DNA of 63,749 nt, the filler included, from Myxococcota bacterium (GTDB lineage Bacteria; Myxococcota_C; UBA6777): the NCBI GenBank assembly GCA_023150835.1. It is 3 parts of 3 records of this genome, joined end to end, with 100 filler letters (N's around TTAATTAATTAA, not from the genome) between each part and the next. Parts side by side here need not be neighbours in the genome. Positions count along the whole stretch, not along the records: positions 29,056 to 57,823 come from JAKLKB010000086.1; 2 more parts are not named here. One strand, written 5' to 3'. Of the stretch, positions 46,906-57,823 are shown piece after piece; the first letter of the stretch is position 1; every line of letters starts with the position of its first letter. The notes under the pieces are model-generated. The model had not been told where the DNA came from. It made no database searches and saw nothing but the letters and a program-made list of their open reading frames with translations. The position numbers were made by a program, and so were the translations under genes.

Positions 46906-49581
46906 TTAGGGTATGTCGAGAGCGCCTTTCCAAGTTCCCGTGTTTGCGTGGGCGTCGGCGAAGTTGATCGACACTTCGTAGGTTCCCGTTGTTAGGCTGG
47001 AGATATCCAACGAGAGCACGGATACAAGGGCGGATTGGGTTTCGGTGGTGGTTTTTCCTTCTTTGTCGCGGGAGGTGACAAGGGCGATGTTGCGCTCTTG
47101 GGGTGGGGTGGGTTTTGTGGAGAGCGAGAGTGCTTGTTTGCCGGCTAGGGTGACGGTGATCTGGGCGGTGGCTTGGTCGTGTTGGGTGATCGGCTTGGGA
47201 GCGGCCCAGTGGGTCAGCGGGGAGCGCAGGCGATGCCCGATCGGCGCGAGTTTTTCAAAGGGGGTTTTTCCATCGTCGGTCGAGCTTGGGGGATAGCCGA
47301 CGAAGATCTCGAATGTTTTGTCTTTGCGTTGTGCTTCAAACAGGTGGATCTGGTTGGAGGGAACAAGGTCAAAGGCGTCGGTTTGCGCGGTATAAGGGAC
47401 GATCTTTTCGCCGTCCCATTGCTTGCCTTCGATCCGAAAACGATACGTTCCTATAGGGAAGTCTTGTAGCTCTTCAAAAGAAAAAGTGTAATGCCAATCT
47501 TGTTCTTGTTTGGCAAAGGTCATGATGATGCGATGGGTGCTGTCGTCATAAGGGCGGTCAGCCGTGAGTTTTACGTCGGTGAAGGTCTCGCCGTCTTTGC
47601 GCTGGAGGATGGCGCGTGGGTTGTCTACGCCGATGAATCCGCCATTGAGAACAAAGCGCAGCGGGTGATCGAGTCGTCTGTGAGTCTTGGGGGGCTGGGT
47701 GACGATCTGGCCGGCTTTGGGTGTTTTTTCGCGTGGGACGGTGGGGGACAGATCGAGTTTGTAAAAGTCTTGGGGCAAGATGCCTGTGTTGTTGTCAGGC
47801 TTTGAGTCCATCCAAAGCTGTAAGGTGAGCTCGGTGATGTGTTTGAGCAGGTATTCACCAAGGCGCGGTCCCCAGATATTCATTGAAGCCTCGTAACCAC
47901 CGCGCCACCAATCTTTTTCTTCGAGCAGATAAAAGTGATGATCTTGAGAGTAGCCAAGGACGAGAAGATCCTTGAGTTTGCCGCCTGCTTGTGCATCAAG
48001 ATCCTTGCGCAGCCGCCGCCCAAGAAAAGAAGTCGCCTCACCCGGGAAGGTCGCCAAGACCAGATCGCCGATACGAGCGGCGGTGAGGTGCGTTTTGGCG
48101 AATTGGGGGATCGGTGCGCCGTCGTTGATCATCTCGACGTTGAGGACACAGCCGAGCTTTCCGTCTTGGTGTTGTTTGTCGGGTTCTTCGGTGTAGCTGA
48201 AGGCTTTGTCTACGCACTTGAGCCCACCAAAGCGATAAGGGATCTTTTTTCCATCTTTTTCTTCGTAAAACTCATCGTCTTTGTAGCCGATCAGTTTGCG
48301 AGAAATGCCGATCCGCTTATGGACGATATCAAGGCGTGTGTCGGTTTGTGGTTTGATCTGTTCGTAGAGCGTCCAGACGGGGGGGGCGGTGAGTGCGCCG
48401 ATCATCTGCATTCGACGGATATCTTTGTGTCGTTTTTTGTCGCCGCGTGGGGAGACATCTCCGGCAGGACCTTGCAAGAAAAAAGCTTCGATGCGTTTTT
48501 GGGTGCGCTGTTCAAAGTAATCTTGGACACCCATCTCTGCGCCACCAGCGGCATCTTGGGTGAGCGAAAAGTGATTGAACTCGTGGATGATACCGTGCAT
48601 GGGGAAACTAAACAGGACGGCCAGCGGGGTTCCATCGGCGCGATCCACGCGCATCACGGTGAGGATCGGATGTTTTTCGTTGGGGGAAGCTCCGCGCCTA
48701 TCGGAAAAGATCTCTCCTTCTTTGTCAAAGTCAGGATTGACGGCGTATCCAAAACGAGCGGGTTTCAGGTCGTTGTGGGCCGCGATGATCGCTTCGCCAA
48801 AGGAAGCGACGATCCGACGGAAGCCTTCGGGCAAGAACTCGTCGTAGCCGAGAAATCCGAGCTTTTTGTCAGGGAGCAGGTTCCAAAACCGCGCAGGCCC
48901 AGAGTGCGTGTGGGTGGCCGTGATCATCAGGTTTTTCGAGAAGTCGAGTCCTATTTTTTCGATAATATATTGGGTGATCTGTGTTTTTAAAAAGTCCGAC
49001 ACCCAACACATCGGACTGCGAACAAGGATGATGCGTTGGACGCCGTCGTCGAGAGCGATGGCTTTGACGAAGAAGCGGTCGTATTGTCCCGTGGTTGCGC
49101 CCAATCCTTCGGCATAGGGGCTGGTGGGTCCGACACGTAGGCCATATCCGGCCATCGAGATGCCAAGCGGGACATCAAGGGGGGCGATACCAAGGCCCGC
49201 TTGGAGGGGGGTCGGCGTGGTCTTGCCCTTGTTTGGGGGATCTGCTGTTTTCCAGATCGGCTTGTGGCACTGGGCATTGACGCAGACATGGAGCGTCGGG
49301 CAGTCGGTGTCGATCTCGCATCGTTTGATGCAGCGGCCTTTGTAGCAGGTTTGGTGTCCTTGGCACTCCGCAGGGGCCTTGCAGGGTGTGGTGGGGACGC
49401 AGTTTCCATCGACGCAATCTTGAAGGCCCGTACATTCGCGTGCAGCGACGCATTGGGGGCCTTGTTCGGAAGGGGAGGCATCGGCGGTGGTTTCTTCGCT
49501 GTTGACGGTGGGGGTGCAGTTCCACAGCGGATGAAACAAAAGCAGAGAACACAAGAGAAGAAGAAAACGGAGATTTCGCAT
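46906..49581 (-). CDS. neutral/alkaline ceramidase-family lipoprotein with N-terminal Cys-rich repeats
   Basis: MAGYG, ATHTHSGP, QGPAGDVSP, FPGE and GGYEA; LWNC lipobox-like motif; three C-x4-EC-x4-C-x4-C-type repeats. Confidence 0.85.
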   Translation of the reverse strand: MRNLRFLLLLCSLLLFHPLWNCTPTVNSEETTADASPSEQGPQCVAARECTGLQDCVDGNCVPTTPCKAPAECQGHQTCYKGRCIKRCEIDTDCPTLHVCVNAQCHKPIWKTADPPNKGKTTPTPLQAGLGIAPLDVPLGISMAGYGLRVGPTSPYAEGLGATTGQYDRFFVKAIALDDGVQRIILVRSPMCWVSDFLKTQITQYIIEKIGLDFSKNLMITATHTHSGPARFWNLLPDKKLGFLGYDEFLPEGFRRIVASFGEAIIAAHNDLKPARFGYAVNPDFDKEGEIFSDRRGASPNEKHPILTVMRVDRADGTPLAVLFSFPMHGIIHEFNHFSLTQDAAGGAEMGVQDYFEQRTQKRIEAFFLQGPAGDVSPRGDKKRHKDIRRMQMIGALTAPPVWTLYEQIKPQTDTRLDIVHKRIGISRKLIGYKDDEFYEEKDGKKIPYRFGGLKCVDKAFSYTEEPDKQHQDGKLGCVLNVEMINDGAPIPQFAKTHLTAARIGDLVLATFPGEATSFLGRRLRKDLDAQAGGKLKDLLVLGYSQDHHFYLLEEKDWWRGGYEASMNIWGPRLGEYLLKHITELTLQLWMDSKPDNNTGILPQDFYKLDLSPTVPREKTPKAGQIVTQPPKTHRRLDHPLRFVLNGGFIGVDNPRAILQRKDGETFTDVKLTADRPYDDSTHRIIMTFAKQEQDWHYTFSFEELQDFPIGTYRFRIEGKQWDGEKIVPYTAQTDAFDLVPSNQIHLFEAQRKDKTFEIFVGYPPSSTDDGKTPFEKLAPIGHRLRSPLTHWAAPKPITQHDQATAQITVTLAGKQALSLSTKPTPPQERNIALVTSRDKEGKTTTETQSALVSVLSLDISSLTTGTYEVSINFADAHANTGTWKGALDIP

Positions 49582-49719
49582 GGGGCGATCCTATGGCGTT
49601 GTAGGAGCGAGGGCTTCGTGAAAAACGCCACAGCGTACAACAGGATCGAAGGAAAAGGGGAGGGGCGTCGCTTTTCTGGGGTAGGCGCGCCGCTTGTTGG
49701 GATGGTTTTGTGGGGTTTT

Positions 49720-49834
49720 ATACGATATCCGAGTGATGCACACAGCAAAGGAGAGTACGTAGACGCCCTATTCTTGGGCAGCCACACCTGTCTGCCCCTA
49801 CGTTTTACGATCACACACCCTGCGGATTTCGTAT
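49720..49834 (-). repeat. complete family A copy (115 bp)
   Basis: atacgatatccg...gtagacgccctattcttgggcagcc..ctgcccctac...cggatttcgtat. Confidence 0.92.
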
Positions 49835-49866
49835 TACGCCATACGCGCCTTGATTTCGTGTTTTGT

Positions 49867-49957
49867 ACCCCTTGACTCCGTATTGGCGAAGAGATCACAG
49901 GTTTTTCAAAACAACGGCGCTGTCGCGTGGAGTGCCGCGAACACGGGGATTTTTGTC
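49867..49957 (-). repeat. family B copy lacking the terminal hairpins
   Basis: Reverse complement reads ccgtgttcgcggcactccacgcgacagcgccgttg..cgccaatacggagtcaagggg. Confidence 0.75.
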
Positions 49958-50057
49958 AGCGGAGTCATCTCTATCGGATACGAGTTGCAGATCCGACTAT
50001 CGAGGCCGCAGTTTGCGGCGAGACTCTTTCTGATCTGCATACGAGCGGGGCATCGAA

Positions 50058-50711
50058 TTATGGAGGCTCTTGTTCGGGGAGGGGCGGTGTGGCTGACCAA
50101 GCCCGAAAGAAAGCCTCAAGGTGTTCGGAGAGAAAGGCGTCGATATCCAAAGGGCGGCAGGTGCGCCCGCCAAGCTGATCTTGGTGGAGCAGTGCGAGGA
50201 TCAATGGAGACAACAGCAGCAATGCGCCTGTGCGCGTATCCATCGGGCGCAATTCACCGCGCTGGATGTGGATCTGCAAGCGCTGTTCAAAGGCTTGGAG
50301 GGTGGGTTCTAGGAGTTTTTGGATGTAGAACGGGCCGATCTGGGCGTCGTGAAGGCCGATCGCAAGGCCCATGCGCTGGATCGCGCCGACTCCGTAGCGT
50401 TGCCATGCAAGCGCAAACAGCCGAATCAGCGCAGATATCGCATCGCGAGCCGTCCCGAGATCCGCAGAGACTACGCTGGCGATGTGTACGTCGCCTTGTT
50501 GGGCAAGAGAATCGATCGCCGCTTGAACGGCTCCGTGATGATCTTGAAAGTAGTGGCGCAACGTCGCACGACTGACCGCACAAGTCTCTGCAAGTTCTTG
50601 GAAACTGGCGTTGGTTCCGTCTGTTTGAAGAAGGCGAGCCGCGATCAAGCCCGCGAGCCGCTGCTTCTCTGTTTCGTGTCCTTTGTTGGTGCGTCCTACG
50701 GGCCGTCCCAT
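50058..50711 (-). CDS. TetR/AcrR family transcriptional regulator
   Basis: MGRP.. start and HTH SFQELAETCAVSRATLRHYF. Confidence 0.88.
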   Translation of the reverse strand: MGRPVGRTNKGHETEKQRLAGLIAARLLQTDGTNASFQELAETCAVSRATLRHYFQDHHGAVQAAIDSLAQQGDVHIASVVSADLGTARDAISALIRLFALAWQRYGVGAIQRMGLAIGLHDAQIGPFYIQKLLEPTLQAFEQRLQIHIQRGELRPMDTRTGALLLLSPLILALLHQDQLGGRTCRPLDIDAFLSEHLEAFFRAWSATPPLPEQEPP

Positions 50712-50793
50712 CCGTCTTCTCCGCTCCTTGGTTTGCGGTATTTGCTTTGGATGCACGAGCTGCTCAAGCAGATCCGTCAAACTGGAGGATAGA

Positions 50794-53700
50794 TTAGTCG
50801 ACCCAAGCACGAGCATTGCGGAAGATGCGAAGCCACGGGCTTTCTTCGGGCCATCGGTCGGGATGCCAAGAGAGTTGGACGGTGCGAAAGACCCGTTCGG
50901 GGTGAGGCATCATTAGCGTGACGCGGCCATCTGGAGTGGTCAAAGCAGCGATGCCATCGGGTGATCCGTTGGGATTGTAGGGATAGCGAAGCGTGGGTTG
51001 TTTGTGCGGATCGGTGTAGCGAAGAGCAACAAGCGGAAGTGCGGCCTTTTGCTGTTCGGGCGTTCGGAAGGTTGCACGTCCTTCGCCGTGTGCGACAGCG
51101 ATCGGTAGATAGGCTCCTTGCATACCTTGGAAAAAGAGTGAGGGCGAGTCTTCGATCCGAACCATACTGAGGCGTGCCTCAAATTGTTCTGAAGTGTTGC
51201 GTAAAAAAAGCGGCCAATCTTGTGCGCCCGAGATCAACGGGGACAGATGAGCCAACATCTGACAGCCGTTGCAAACACCGAGAGCAAGGGTATCAGGGCG
51301 TTCAAAGAAGCGTTGGAAGTCATCGCGGATCTTGTGGTGGAACAGGATCGAACGCGCCCATCCGACGCCCGCTCCAAGGACATCGCCATAGCTAAAACCT
51401 CCGCACGCCACCCACACACGAAACGCGTTGATCTGCACCCGCCCATCGAGAAGATCGGTCATGTGAACATCAACAGACTGAAAGCCAGCGCGGTCAAAGG
51501 CTGCGGCCATCTCGGTCTGCCCATTGACGCCTTGTTCGCGGAGGATCGCGATGTGAGGCCGCGCACCGCGTTGGACGAATGGGGCCGCGATATCCTCAAA
51601 GATCGAGTCGTCGACATCGGCGTAAAGTGCGGGCAGATCGGAGCATAGCGCTTCTTGTTCTTCACGCGCACACAACGGGTTGTCGCGCAGCGTTTGGAGG
51701 TGGTGGCTTACACCCGACCAGCGTTCGAGGGCCTTGTGAAGGTCCATTTGGAGCAGATGTTGGCGGCCAAAGAAGATATCGATCTTGGGATCTGTTTGGG
51801 GAGAACCGAGCACATGGAGATCGGGGAGGAGTCCAGCGTGTTCGAAGATCGCGCAAACAGCCGAAAGATCTTGTTTGCGGATCTGCAACACCGCTCCAAG
51901 CTCTTCGCAAAAAAGGGCGTCTATCGGGCGATCTCCAAGGGAGGCCAGATCGACGGAAAGCCCCGTGTGTGCGGCAAAAGCCATCTCACAAACAGTCGCC
52001 CAAAGCCCCCCATCGCTGCGGTCGTGGTACGCAAGCAACAAGTCTTGTTGATGGAGAGAGCGCATCGCTTGAAAAAAGGCTTTGAATCGCTCGGGTTGAT
52101 CGAGATCTGGGGGGATTGTGCCAAGGCGCTCGTAGCATTGAACGAGGATGGAGCCGCCAAGACGATGCTTTCCATGCCCCAAGTCGATCAGCAAAAGTAC
52201 CGTCGCCTCGGTGTCATGGGTCTGTTGAAGCATCGGTGTCAAGGTTTTTCGGATATCAGGGATCGGTGCAAAGGCCGAGATGATCAGAGAAAGCGGAGAG
52301 ATCACGCCGTGTTCTTGTTGTGCTTCGTCGCGCCAGAGCGTGCGCATCGACATGGAATCTTTGCCGACAGGGATCGCAAGGCCCAAGGTCGGGCAGAGTT
52401 CGCGTCCGACAGCGCGAACGGTATCGTAAAGTGCAGCATCTTCGCCGGGATGCCCTGCGGCCACCATCCAGTTGGCGGAGAGCTTGATATCGCGCAGATC
52501 GCGGATCGCTGTCGCCGCGAGATTGGTGATCGCTTCGCCGATCGCCATCCGCCCCGAAGCAGGGGCATCAAGCAGCGCAAGCGGTGTGCGCTCGCCCATG
52601 CTCATCGCTTCGCCCGTGTAGCCTTCAAAGCCTGAGGCCGTGACGGCGAGATCGCTGACAGGGACTTGCCAAGGCCCGACCATCTGATCGCGTGCCACAA
52701 GCCCCGTCACGCTGCGATCGGCGATGGTGATCAAGAATTGTTTGCTTGCGACGGTGGGATGGGCCAACACGCGCATCGCCGCATCATAAAGATCGATCGT
52801 CTCGGGCGAGAACTCGTCGCCAAAAGCAGCAAGGCGTCGGACATCACGGTGCATACGCGGCGGTTTTCCAAACAGCAGATCCATCGGGATATCGATCGGG
52901 CGATTAGAAAAATGCGCATCTTCTAGGCGAAGTTGTGAAGTAGCTGTGGCATGGCCGATCACAGCGAAGGGGCAACGTTCTCGTTGAGCGATGGCTTGGA
53001 AAGCGGAGAGAGCGTCAGAAGCGATCGCAAGGACATAACGCTCTTGGGCTTCATTGCACCAGATCGCGAGCGGACTCAGGCTTGGATCCGCATTGGGGAT
53101 ATCTCGCAGCGCAAAACACCCACCGAAGCCCGCATCATGGATGATCTCAGGCACCGCATTGGATAACCCGCCTGCTCCGACATCATGGATTGATAAGATC
53201 GGATTTTTTTTCGCCGATGCCCAACATCGATCGATCACTTCTTGGGCGCGCCGTTGGATCTCAGGGTTGGCGCGCTGCACCGAAGCAAAGTCAAGGCTTT
53301 CGCGGCTCTCTCCTGTGTTCATCGAAGACGCTGCGCCGCCGCCAAGTCCGATCAACATCGCAGGACCGCCCAAAACAACGATGGCGACGCCGTCTTGAAG
53401 GGGAGCTTTGTGCAGGTGTTCGTGACGGATATTGCCGAGTCCACCCGCGATCATGATCGGCTTGTGGTAGCCTCGCCATTCTCTTGGAATGATGGTCATC
53501 TGCGAGGATGGCGGCTTCGAGACGTGCGAGGGAGAGGGCGTGGATTCCGAGATGTGCGAGGGAGAGGGGGTTGAGGGTGAGGGCGAGGGCGTTTCTGTCG
53601 CGGGGTGGGTGTGGATCGGTCGGCGAGCCACAAGAGCCTCGAAGGTGCGGAAGTATCCGAGGAGATTGGGGCGTCCAAACTCGTTGTTGAAGGCCGCTGC

Positions 53701-54870
53701 ACCGAGGGGGCCGTCGATCATGATCTGAAGGGGGGAGGCGATGCGTTCGGGTCTGCCGGGGTCTTGTTGTTCCCACGGTTGCGGATCGCGTGGGATGCGC
53801 AGATGCGACACACTAAAGCCAGAGAGTCCGGCTTTGGGCTTGCCACCGCGTCCCGTTGCGCCTTCGTCGCGGATCTCGCCGCCTGCTCCCGTTGCTGCGC
53901 CCGGATGGGGGGCGATGGCGGTGGGGTGGTTGTGGGTTTCCACTTTGATCAAGACGTGGATCGGCTCGTTGTGAGCGCGGTAATGGTGATCGGGATCTGC
54001 AAAAAACCGTGAACCTTCCCATCCCTCAAAGATGGCGGCGTTGTCGTGGTAGGCGGAGAGTAGGCCGTGTGGAGTGATCTTCGCGGTATGTTGGATCATG
54101 GAAAACAAAGACTCAGGCTGATCTTGCCCATCAATACGCCATGATCCGCGAAAGATCTTGTGGCGGCAATGCTCGGAGTTGGCTTGGGCAAACATCATCA
54201 ATTCAACGTCGGTGGGGTCGCGTTGTAGGGCTTGATAGGCTTGCTGTAGGTAGGTGATCTCGTCGTCCGCGAGGGCGAGACCTAGTGCGAGGTTGGCGTC
54301 TTGAAGGGCGGAGATACCTTGCGCAAGCAACGGGATGGTCGAGAGGGGGGTGGGTTGCGTTTCTGAGAAGAGGCGACCGAGTGCTTGGGTGTGATCGAGT
54401 ACGCTTTCGGTCATTCGGTCGTGGAGAAGGTCTGCGAGGTGTTTGCGATGTGCGGTGTCTAAAGAGGCCGATGTATCGAGAGAATAAGCGATGCCATGTT
54501 CGATGCGCTGGACGTGCGGCATACCGCAGATCTGTGCGATATCGGTGGCTTTGGAAGACCACGCCGAGCGCGTGCCAAGGCGAGGCACGACGAGAAAAAG
54601 GGCGTTGTGCGCAGAGATATCGGGGACAGGCTCATCGGTGCCAAGAAGAGAGTGGAGTGCGGATTCATCGAGAGGTGTAAGCGGGTGGGTGCTTTCGAGG
54701 ATGTAAAGGTGCCTTGCATCAAGGTCACAAAGCGAGGGGAGGGCAGGGCGGATCGTCTCGAACCATCGTTTGCGGCGGAAATCCGAGAGGGCTGGCGGGC
54801 CGAGCAGCCAGTAGCGTGGGTTGTGATCGGAGGATGAAGTGGCGAGGGGATGGATGGGGTTCCTTTGCAT
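50794..54870 (-). CDS. purL: phosphoribosylformylglycinamidine synthase (large single-chain type)
   Basis: [51 protein letters not shown] and MMPHPER. AAGGAGG RBS. Confidence 0.98.
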   Translation of the reverse strand: MQRNPIHPLATSSSDHNPRYWLLGPPALSDFRRKRWFETIRPALPSLCDLDARHLYILESTHPLTPLDESALHSLLGTDEPVPDISAHNALFLVVPRLGTRSAWSSKATDIAQICGMPHVQRIEHGIAYSLDTSASLDTAHRKHLADLLHDRMTESVLDHTQALGRLFSETQPTPLSTIPLLAQGISALQDANLALGLALADDEITYLQQAYQALQRDPTDVELMMFAQANSEHCRHKIFRGSWRIDGQDQPESLFSMIQHTAKITPHGLLSAYHDNAAIFEGWEGSRFFADPDHHYRAHNEPIHVLIKVETHNHPTAIAPHPGAATGAGGEIRDEGATGRGGKPKAGLSGFSVSHLRIPRDPQPWEQQDPGRPERIASPLQIMIDGPLGAAAFNNEFGRPNLLGYFRTFEALVARRPIHTHPATETPSPSPSTPSPSHISESTPSPSHVSKPPSSQMTIIPREWRGYHKPIMIAGGLGNIRHEHLHKAPLQDGVAIVVLGGPAMLIGLGGGAASSMNTGESRESLDFASVQRANPEIQRRAQEVIDRCWASAKKNPILSIHDVGAGGLSNAVPEIIHDAGFGGCFALRDIPNADPSLSPLAIWCNEAQERYVLAIASDALSAFQAIAQRERCPFAVIGHATATSQLRLEDAHFSNRPIDIPMDLLFGKPPRMHRDVRRLAAFGDEFSPETIDLYDAAMRVLAHPTVASKQFLITIADRSVTGLVARDQMVGPWQVPVSDLAVTASGFEGYTGEAMSMGERTPLALLDAPASGRMAIGEAITNLAATAIRDLRDIKLSANWMVAAGHPGEDAALYDTVRAVGRELCPTLGLAIPVGKDSMSMRTLWRDEAQQEHGVISPLSLIISAFAPIPDIRKTLTPMLQQTHDTEATVLLLIDLGHGKHRLGGSILVQCYERLGTIPPDLDQPERFKAFFQAMRSLHQQDLLLAYHDRSDGGLWATVCEMAFAAHTGLSVDLASLGDRPIDALFCEELGAVLQIRKQDLSAVCAIFEHAGLLPDLHVLGSPQTDPKIDIFFGRQHLLQMDLHKALERWSGVSHHLQTLRDNPLCAREEQEALCSDLPALYADVDDSIFEDIAAPFVQRGARPHIAILREQGVNGQTEMAAAFDRAGFQSVDVHMTDLLDGRVQINAFRVWVACGGFSYGDVLGAGVGWARSILFHHKIRDDFQRFFERPDTLALGVCNGCQMLAHLSPLISGAQDWPLFLRNTSEQFEARLSMVRIEDSPSLFFQGMQGAYLPIAVAHGEGRATFRTPEQQKAALPLVALRYTDPHKQPTLRYPYNPNGSPDGIAALTTPDGRVTLMMPHPERVFRTVQLSWHPDRWPEESPWLRIFRNARAWVD

Positions 54871-55098
54871 GGGGCCTCCTTGCACCGTGGGGCGTTACAC
54901 AACAGCGACGTGGTGGTGCTTTGGGAAGAGTCGGGGGTGTTCTGTACCATTCATTGGTTTTTTGCAAGGAAAAAAAGGCGCGTGCGGTGGGGTTTGGGGG
55001 CCAAGACGAGAAGAGAAGCTCAAAGAGGGCCGATCTGCTTGGGCGCAGGGCGGGCCATCGAAGGGTCGTTTGGGGGGGGGCAAGCCAAGAAGAGAAGC

Positions 55099-56577
55099 TC
55101 AAAGAGGGGATTCTTCGTCTTCGTCGTGCGGGAGATCAGGGTGGGGGATGTACACGGTGGCGCTGCGTTTTTGCTGTGGAAAGGAAAAGGAAAAGGATTG
55201 TGTCGGAGGGGGGCCTTCTTCGGCAAACAAATAACTGTGGCGTTGAACCAATGCCTCGACGGTTTGGCATAAAAGCGTTGCGATACGGTAGGTTTCTTCA
55301 TCGGCTGGGTGGACCGTCGCATCGGGACCTACCAGTGAGAGGACAGGAAAAGCTTCGTATGCCGCCATTGTCCACTTTTTTTGGTGTTGGAGCTTTTGGG
55401 CTTGCGAAGGGATATCGTCTTTGCTTTCGTAGTCGAGCGCAAAGAAACGAAACCCGGGATCTCCAAGGCGGGCTTGTAGATCGATATCGAGTCCAAAAAG
55501 AGCGTAGATACGATAGTCGCGCAGGGTCTCAAAGGCACGCATCCCGGGGTTCTTGTGGTTTTTTCCGCAAAGGCTGAGCGTATAACGGCTATATCCCCAT
55601 GCGCTGAGATCCACCAAAAAGACTTGATCTTCTTGAACTTGCTGCCAAAAATCGGTTTTGTACAAATCGGCGGCTGCTGCAAAAAGGGCTTGCCCGACTT
55701 CTGCGGGCATCTGCGAAAGGGAGCGTAACGGGGAAGGTGAAGCGCGTTGATCTTGTTTGCGCAGGAAGTGACCAGAAAAACGTTCGAGGTGGCGGCGTCC
55801 ACCATAAAAGACGGGGATATCAAATCCTTGAAGCAGGTTGCGAAAGGGGCCGACCCATCGGCGTTGGCTGACGTTGATTTGTGCGGGGAGGCGAGGGCGT
55901 TTGTCTGTGGGGGAAAGGGCGATCGTGAGGAGGCTTTCGAGGATCATTAGCGGTTGAGTCTTTGGATCAAAAGGAAGGACTCCGATCAAAGTTTCCTCTT
56001 CTTCGCTCATCCACAAGATCGCGGCAGGGGCAGGGCGAAGTGATGAAAGAGTGAAGGTCGAAGTGGGCAGTGCGCCCACGACCCAAGTTTCTTCAGATCG
56101 TGGAAGTGCGCTGAGTTTGCGCCCTTGTTCGCTCGTAAAGTCCGAATAGCCGAGAGGAAGAAGCAGGCTTTGTAGCGTCTGAGGTTCTTGTCGTGTTTTT
56201 TCTAAAGATTGGATCAGTTTGCGGGTGTCTTCTTCGTCGTAAAAATCCAAAATTCCCCAGACTTGTGAGACATCGAGATCCTCGTCCTCATCGTCCTCAT
56301 CGTTTTCATCTTGAAGGCTTTGGTGTTCAGCCCAAAGGTCTTGTGCGCCTGGGGCGAAAAGCCCTTCGCGCTCCATCGCATCAAGGGCTTGGACAGAGAG
56401 TTTGTTGCGCAAAAGATCTTCAAGCGAGCGTTCTTGGGTGGGGGCTTTGGAGGCCGAAGAAGGGGCGGGCAGATCGGGTGTCTTTGGCGGGGCAGAAGGA
56501 GGCGGAAGCTTGGAGCCTTTGGGCTTGGCGGGTGCTTTGGTGGTCGAAGGGGACGTGGGGGGCTGCGGCTTAGCCAT
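55099..56577 (-). CDS. hypothetical protein, paralog of the upstream gene
   Basis: AGGAG RBS; Pro/Lys-rich then acidic N-terminus; core LPRSEETWVVG..PRLPAQINVSQR. Confidence 0.75.
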   Translation of the reverse strand: MAKPQPPTSPSTTKAPAKPKGSKLPPPSAPPKTPDLPAPSSASKAPTQERSLEDLLRNKLSVQALDAMEREGLFAPGAQDLWAEHQSLQDENDEDDEDEDLDVSQVWGILDFYDEEDTRKLIQSLEKTRQEPQTLQSLLLPLGYSDFTSEQGRKLSALPRSEETWVVGALPTSTFTLSSLRPAPAAILWMSEEEETLIGVLPFDPKTQPLMILESLLTIALSPTDKRPRLPAQINVSQRRWVGPFRNLLQGFDIPVFYGGRRHLERFSGHFLRKQDQRASPSPLRSLSQMPAEVGQALFAAAADLYKTDFWQQVQEDQVFLVDLSAWGYSRYTLSLCGKNHKNPGMRAFETLRDYRIYALFGLDIDLQARLGDPGFRFFALDYESKDDIPSQAQKLQHQKKWTMAAYEAFPVLSLVGPDATVHPADEETYRIATLLCQTVEALVQRHSYLFAEEGPPPTQSFSFSFPQQKRSATVYIPHPDLPHDEDEESPL

Positions 56578-56686
56578 AATCAAGCGCTCCTGCAACAGAT
56601 GGGAACGGGCGAACTCGTCGCACGTTGGGCTGAGTCTGCATAAGCGCAAGGCAAAAGGAAAATTTTTTGTTCGGATCGGAGAGGAG

Positions 56687-57823
56687 TTAGGATGGAGGGG
56701 CAGAGCGGTGGGGAAATTGGAGTGAGATCGGGGGTCTCGACGGAAAGGACGGGAGCGCAAGAGACAAATCAAGAGAGCGGAGAGAAGACAGCGTTGTGGG
56801 GTGTGCGGGGTGTTTCAAAAGTTGCGTGAAGGCGTCGGCGATGGCGATGGCGTGTTCGTGTTTGACAGGGGTTGCGTGGGAGGATTGTTGTTGGTGGATC
56901 GACCACTCGCAAAGGACGGAAAAAGTCGGATGGGCGGTGTGTAGGAGTGTTGGGTGGAGTTCGCGGAAACTGGGGGGGATCTCTTGTGGAGAGGCAAAGC
57001 GCAGCAAAAGAGCATGGATCGGAGGGAGTCGGAGCGTTGAAAGAGTATAAGGGGCGCGCTGAAGAAGGGAAAAAAGTCGTAAGTCTTGGGCGGAAGAAAA
57101 GATCATGAGATGGGAGATGGGAGGATGCGTTTCAAAGGTGCATACGATGTAGCGAGGGCCACCCCAAGGCGTGAGGTCAAAGCCAAAGGGAGTGCAACAA
57201 GGGATGGGTTGTTGTTGGAGAGCGTCGAAGAGTTGTGTGGTGGTTTGGTGAAAGAGTGTGAGAGTGTGTGGAGACAGGCTCGAATTGGGCGGAGGGATGG
57301 GGATCTGTCGAGGTTGCGTCGTGGGTAGAAAGAAAGTGCAAGCAAGGCGGGTAAAATCTTCTTGACCGTCATGGAGAACTTCGATCCCAAGTGGAGAGAA
57401 AAAATCTTTAAAAGATCGTAAGATATTACGTTGAGAAACCCAGACGCGTTTGGGAAGGCGTGGAGAACCAATTTGTGGTTTCGCTGTGGTATCAAGGAAG
57501 CTAAATGGGAGAACAAAAGAGGAATCTTTACTCGAAAAATAGGTTATGGAAAGAGGGAAGAAGTGACCTTCAATCATCCAAAGAGCGCAAAGATCGGCGT
57601 CGCGTTGCGGAGAAGAGAAGGGCGGAGGGGCGAAGACGCCGACGATCCATGTCTCGTCGCTTTGTGGGAGTCGCCGAAGAGGGTTGTATTGCGCGTGGTT
57701 GAGGGGGATGGATTGGACGGTGTAGCGCGGAGGGACGGGGAGCTGGCTGCGTGGGTGGAGCGTGTGAAGATGTTGTAGAAAGTCTTGCTCTTGTTCGAGA
57801 AAAGGATCGTTGGGGGCGGCGGT
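56687..57823 (-). CDS. hypothetical protein, 5' truncated by the gap; paralog of 55099-56577
   Basis: Frame is open from the gap and encodes LPQSDETWIVG..PRLPKRVWVSQR. Confidence 0.7.
   Translation of the reverse strand, partial: TAAPNDPFLEQEQDFLQHLHTLHPRSQLPVPPRYTVQSIPLNHAQYNPLRRLPQSDETWIVGVFAPPPFSSPQRDADLCALWMIEGHFFPLSITYFSSKDSSFVLPFSFLDTTAKPQIGSPRLPKRVWVSQRNILRSFKDFFSPLGIEVLHDGQEDFTRLACTFFLPTTQPRQIPIPPPNSSLSPHTLTLFHQTTTQLFDALQQQPIPCCTPFGFDLTPWGGPRYIVCTFETHPPISHLMIFSSAQDLRLFSLLQRAPYTLSTLRLPPIHALLLRFASPQEIPPSFRELHPTLLHTAHPTFSVLCEWSIHQQQSSHATPVKHEHAIAIADAFTQLLKHPAHPTTLSSLRSLDLSLALPSFPSRPPISLQFPHRSAPPS

Noticed and set aside
53484..53625. Intein in PurL
   Set aside because: It is too short and has no intein block motifs or terminal His-Asn.
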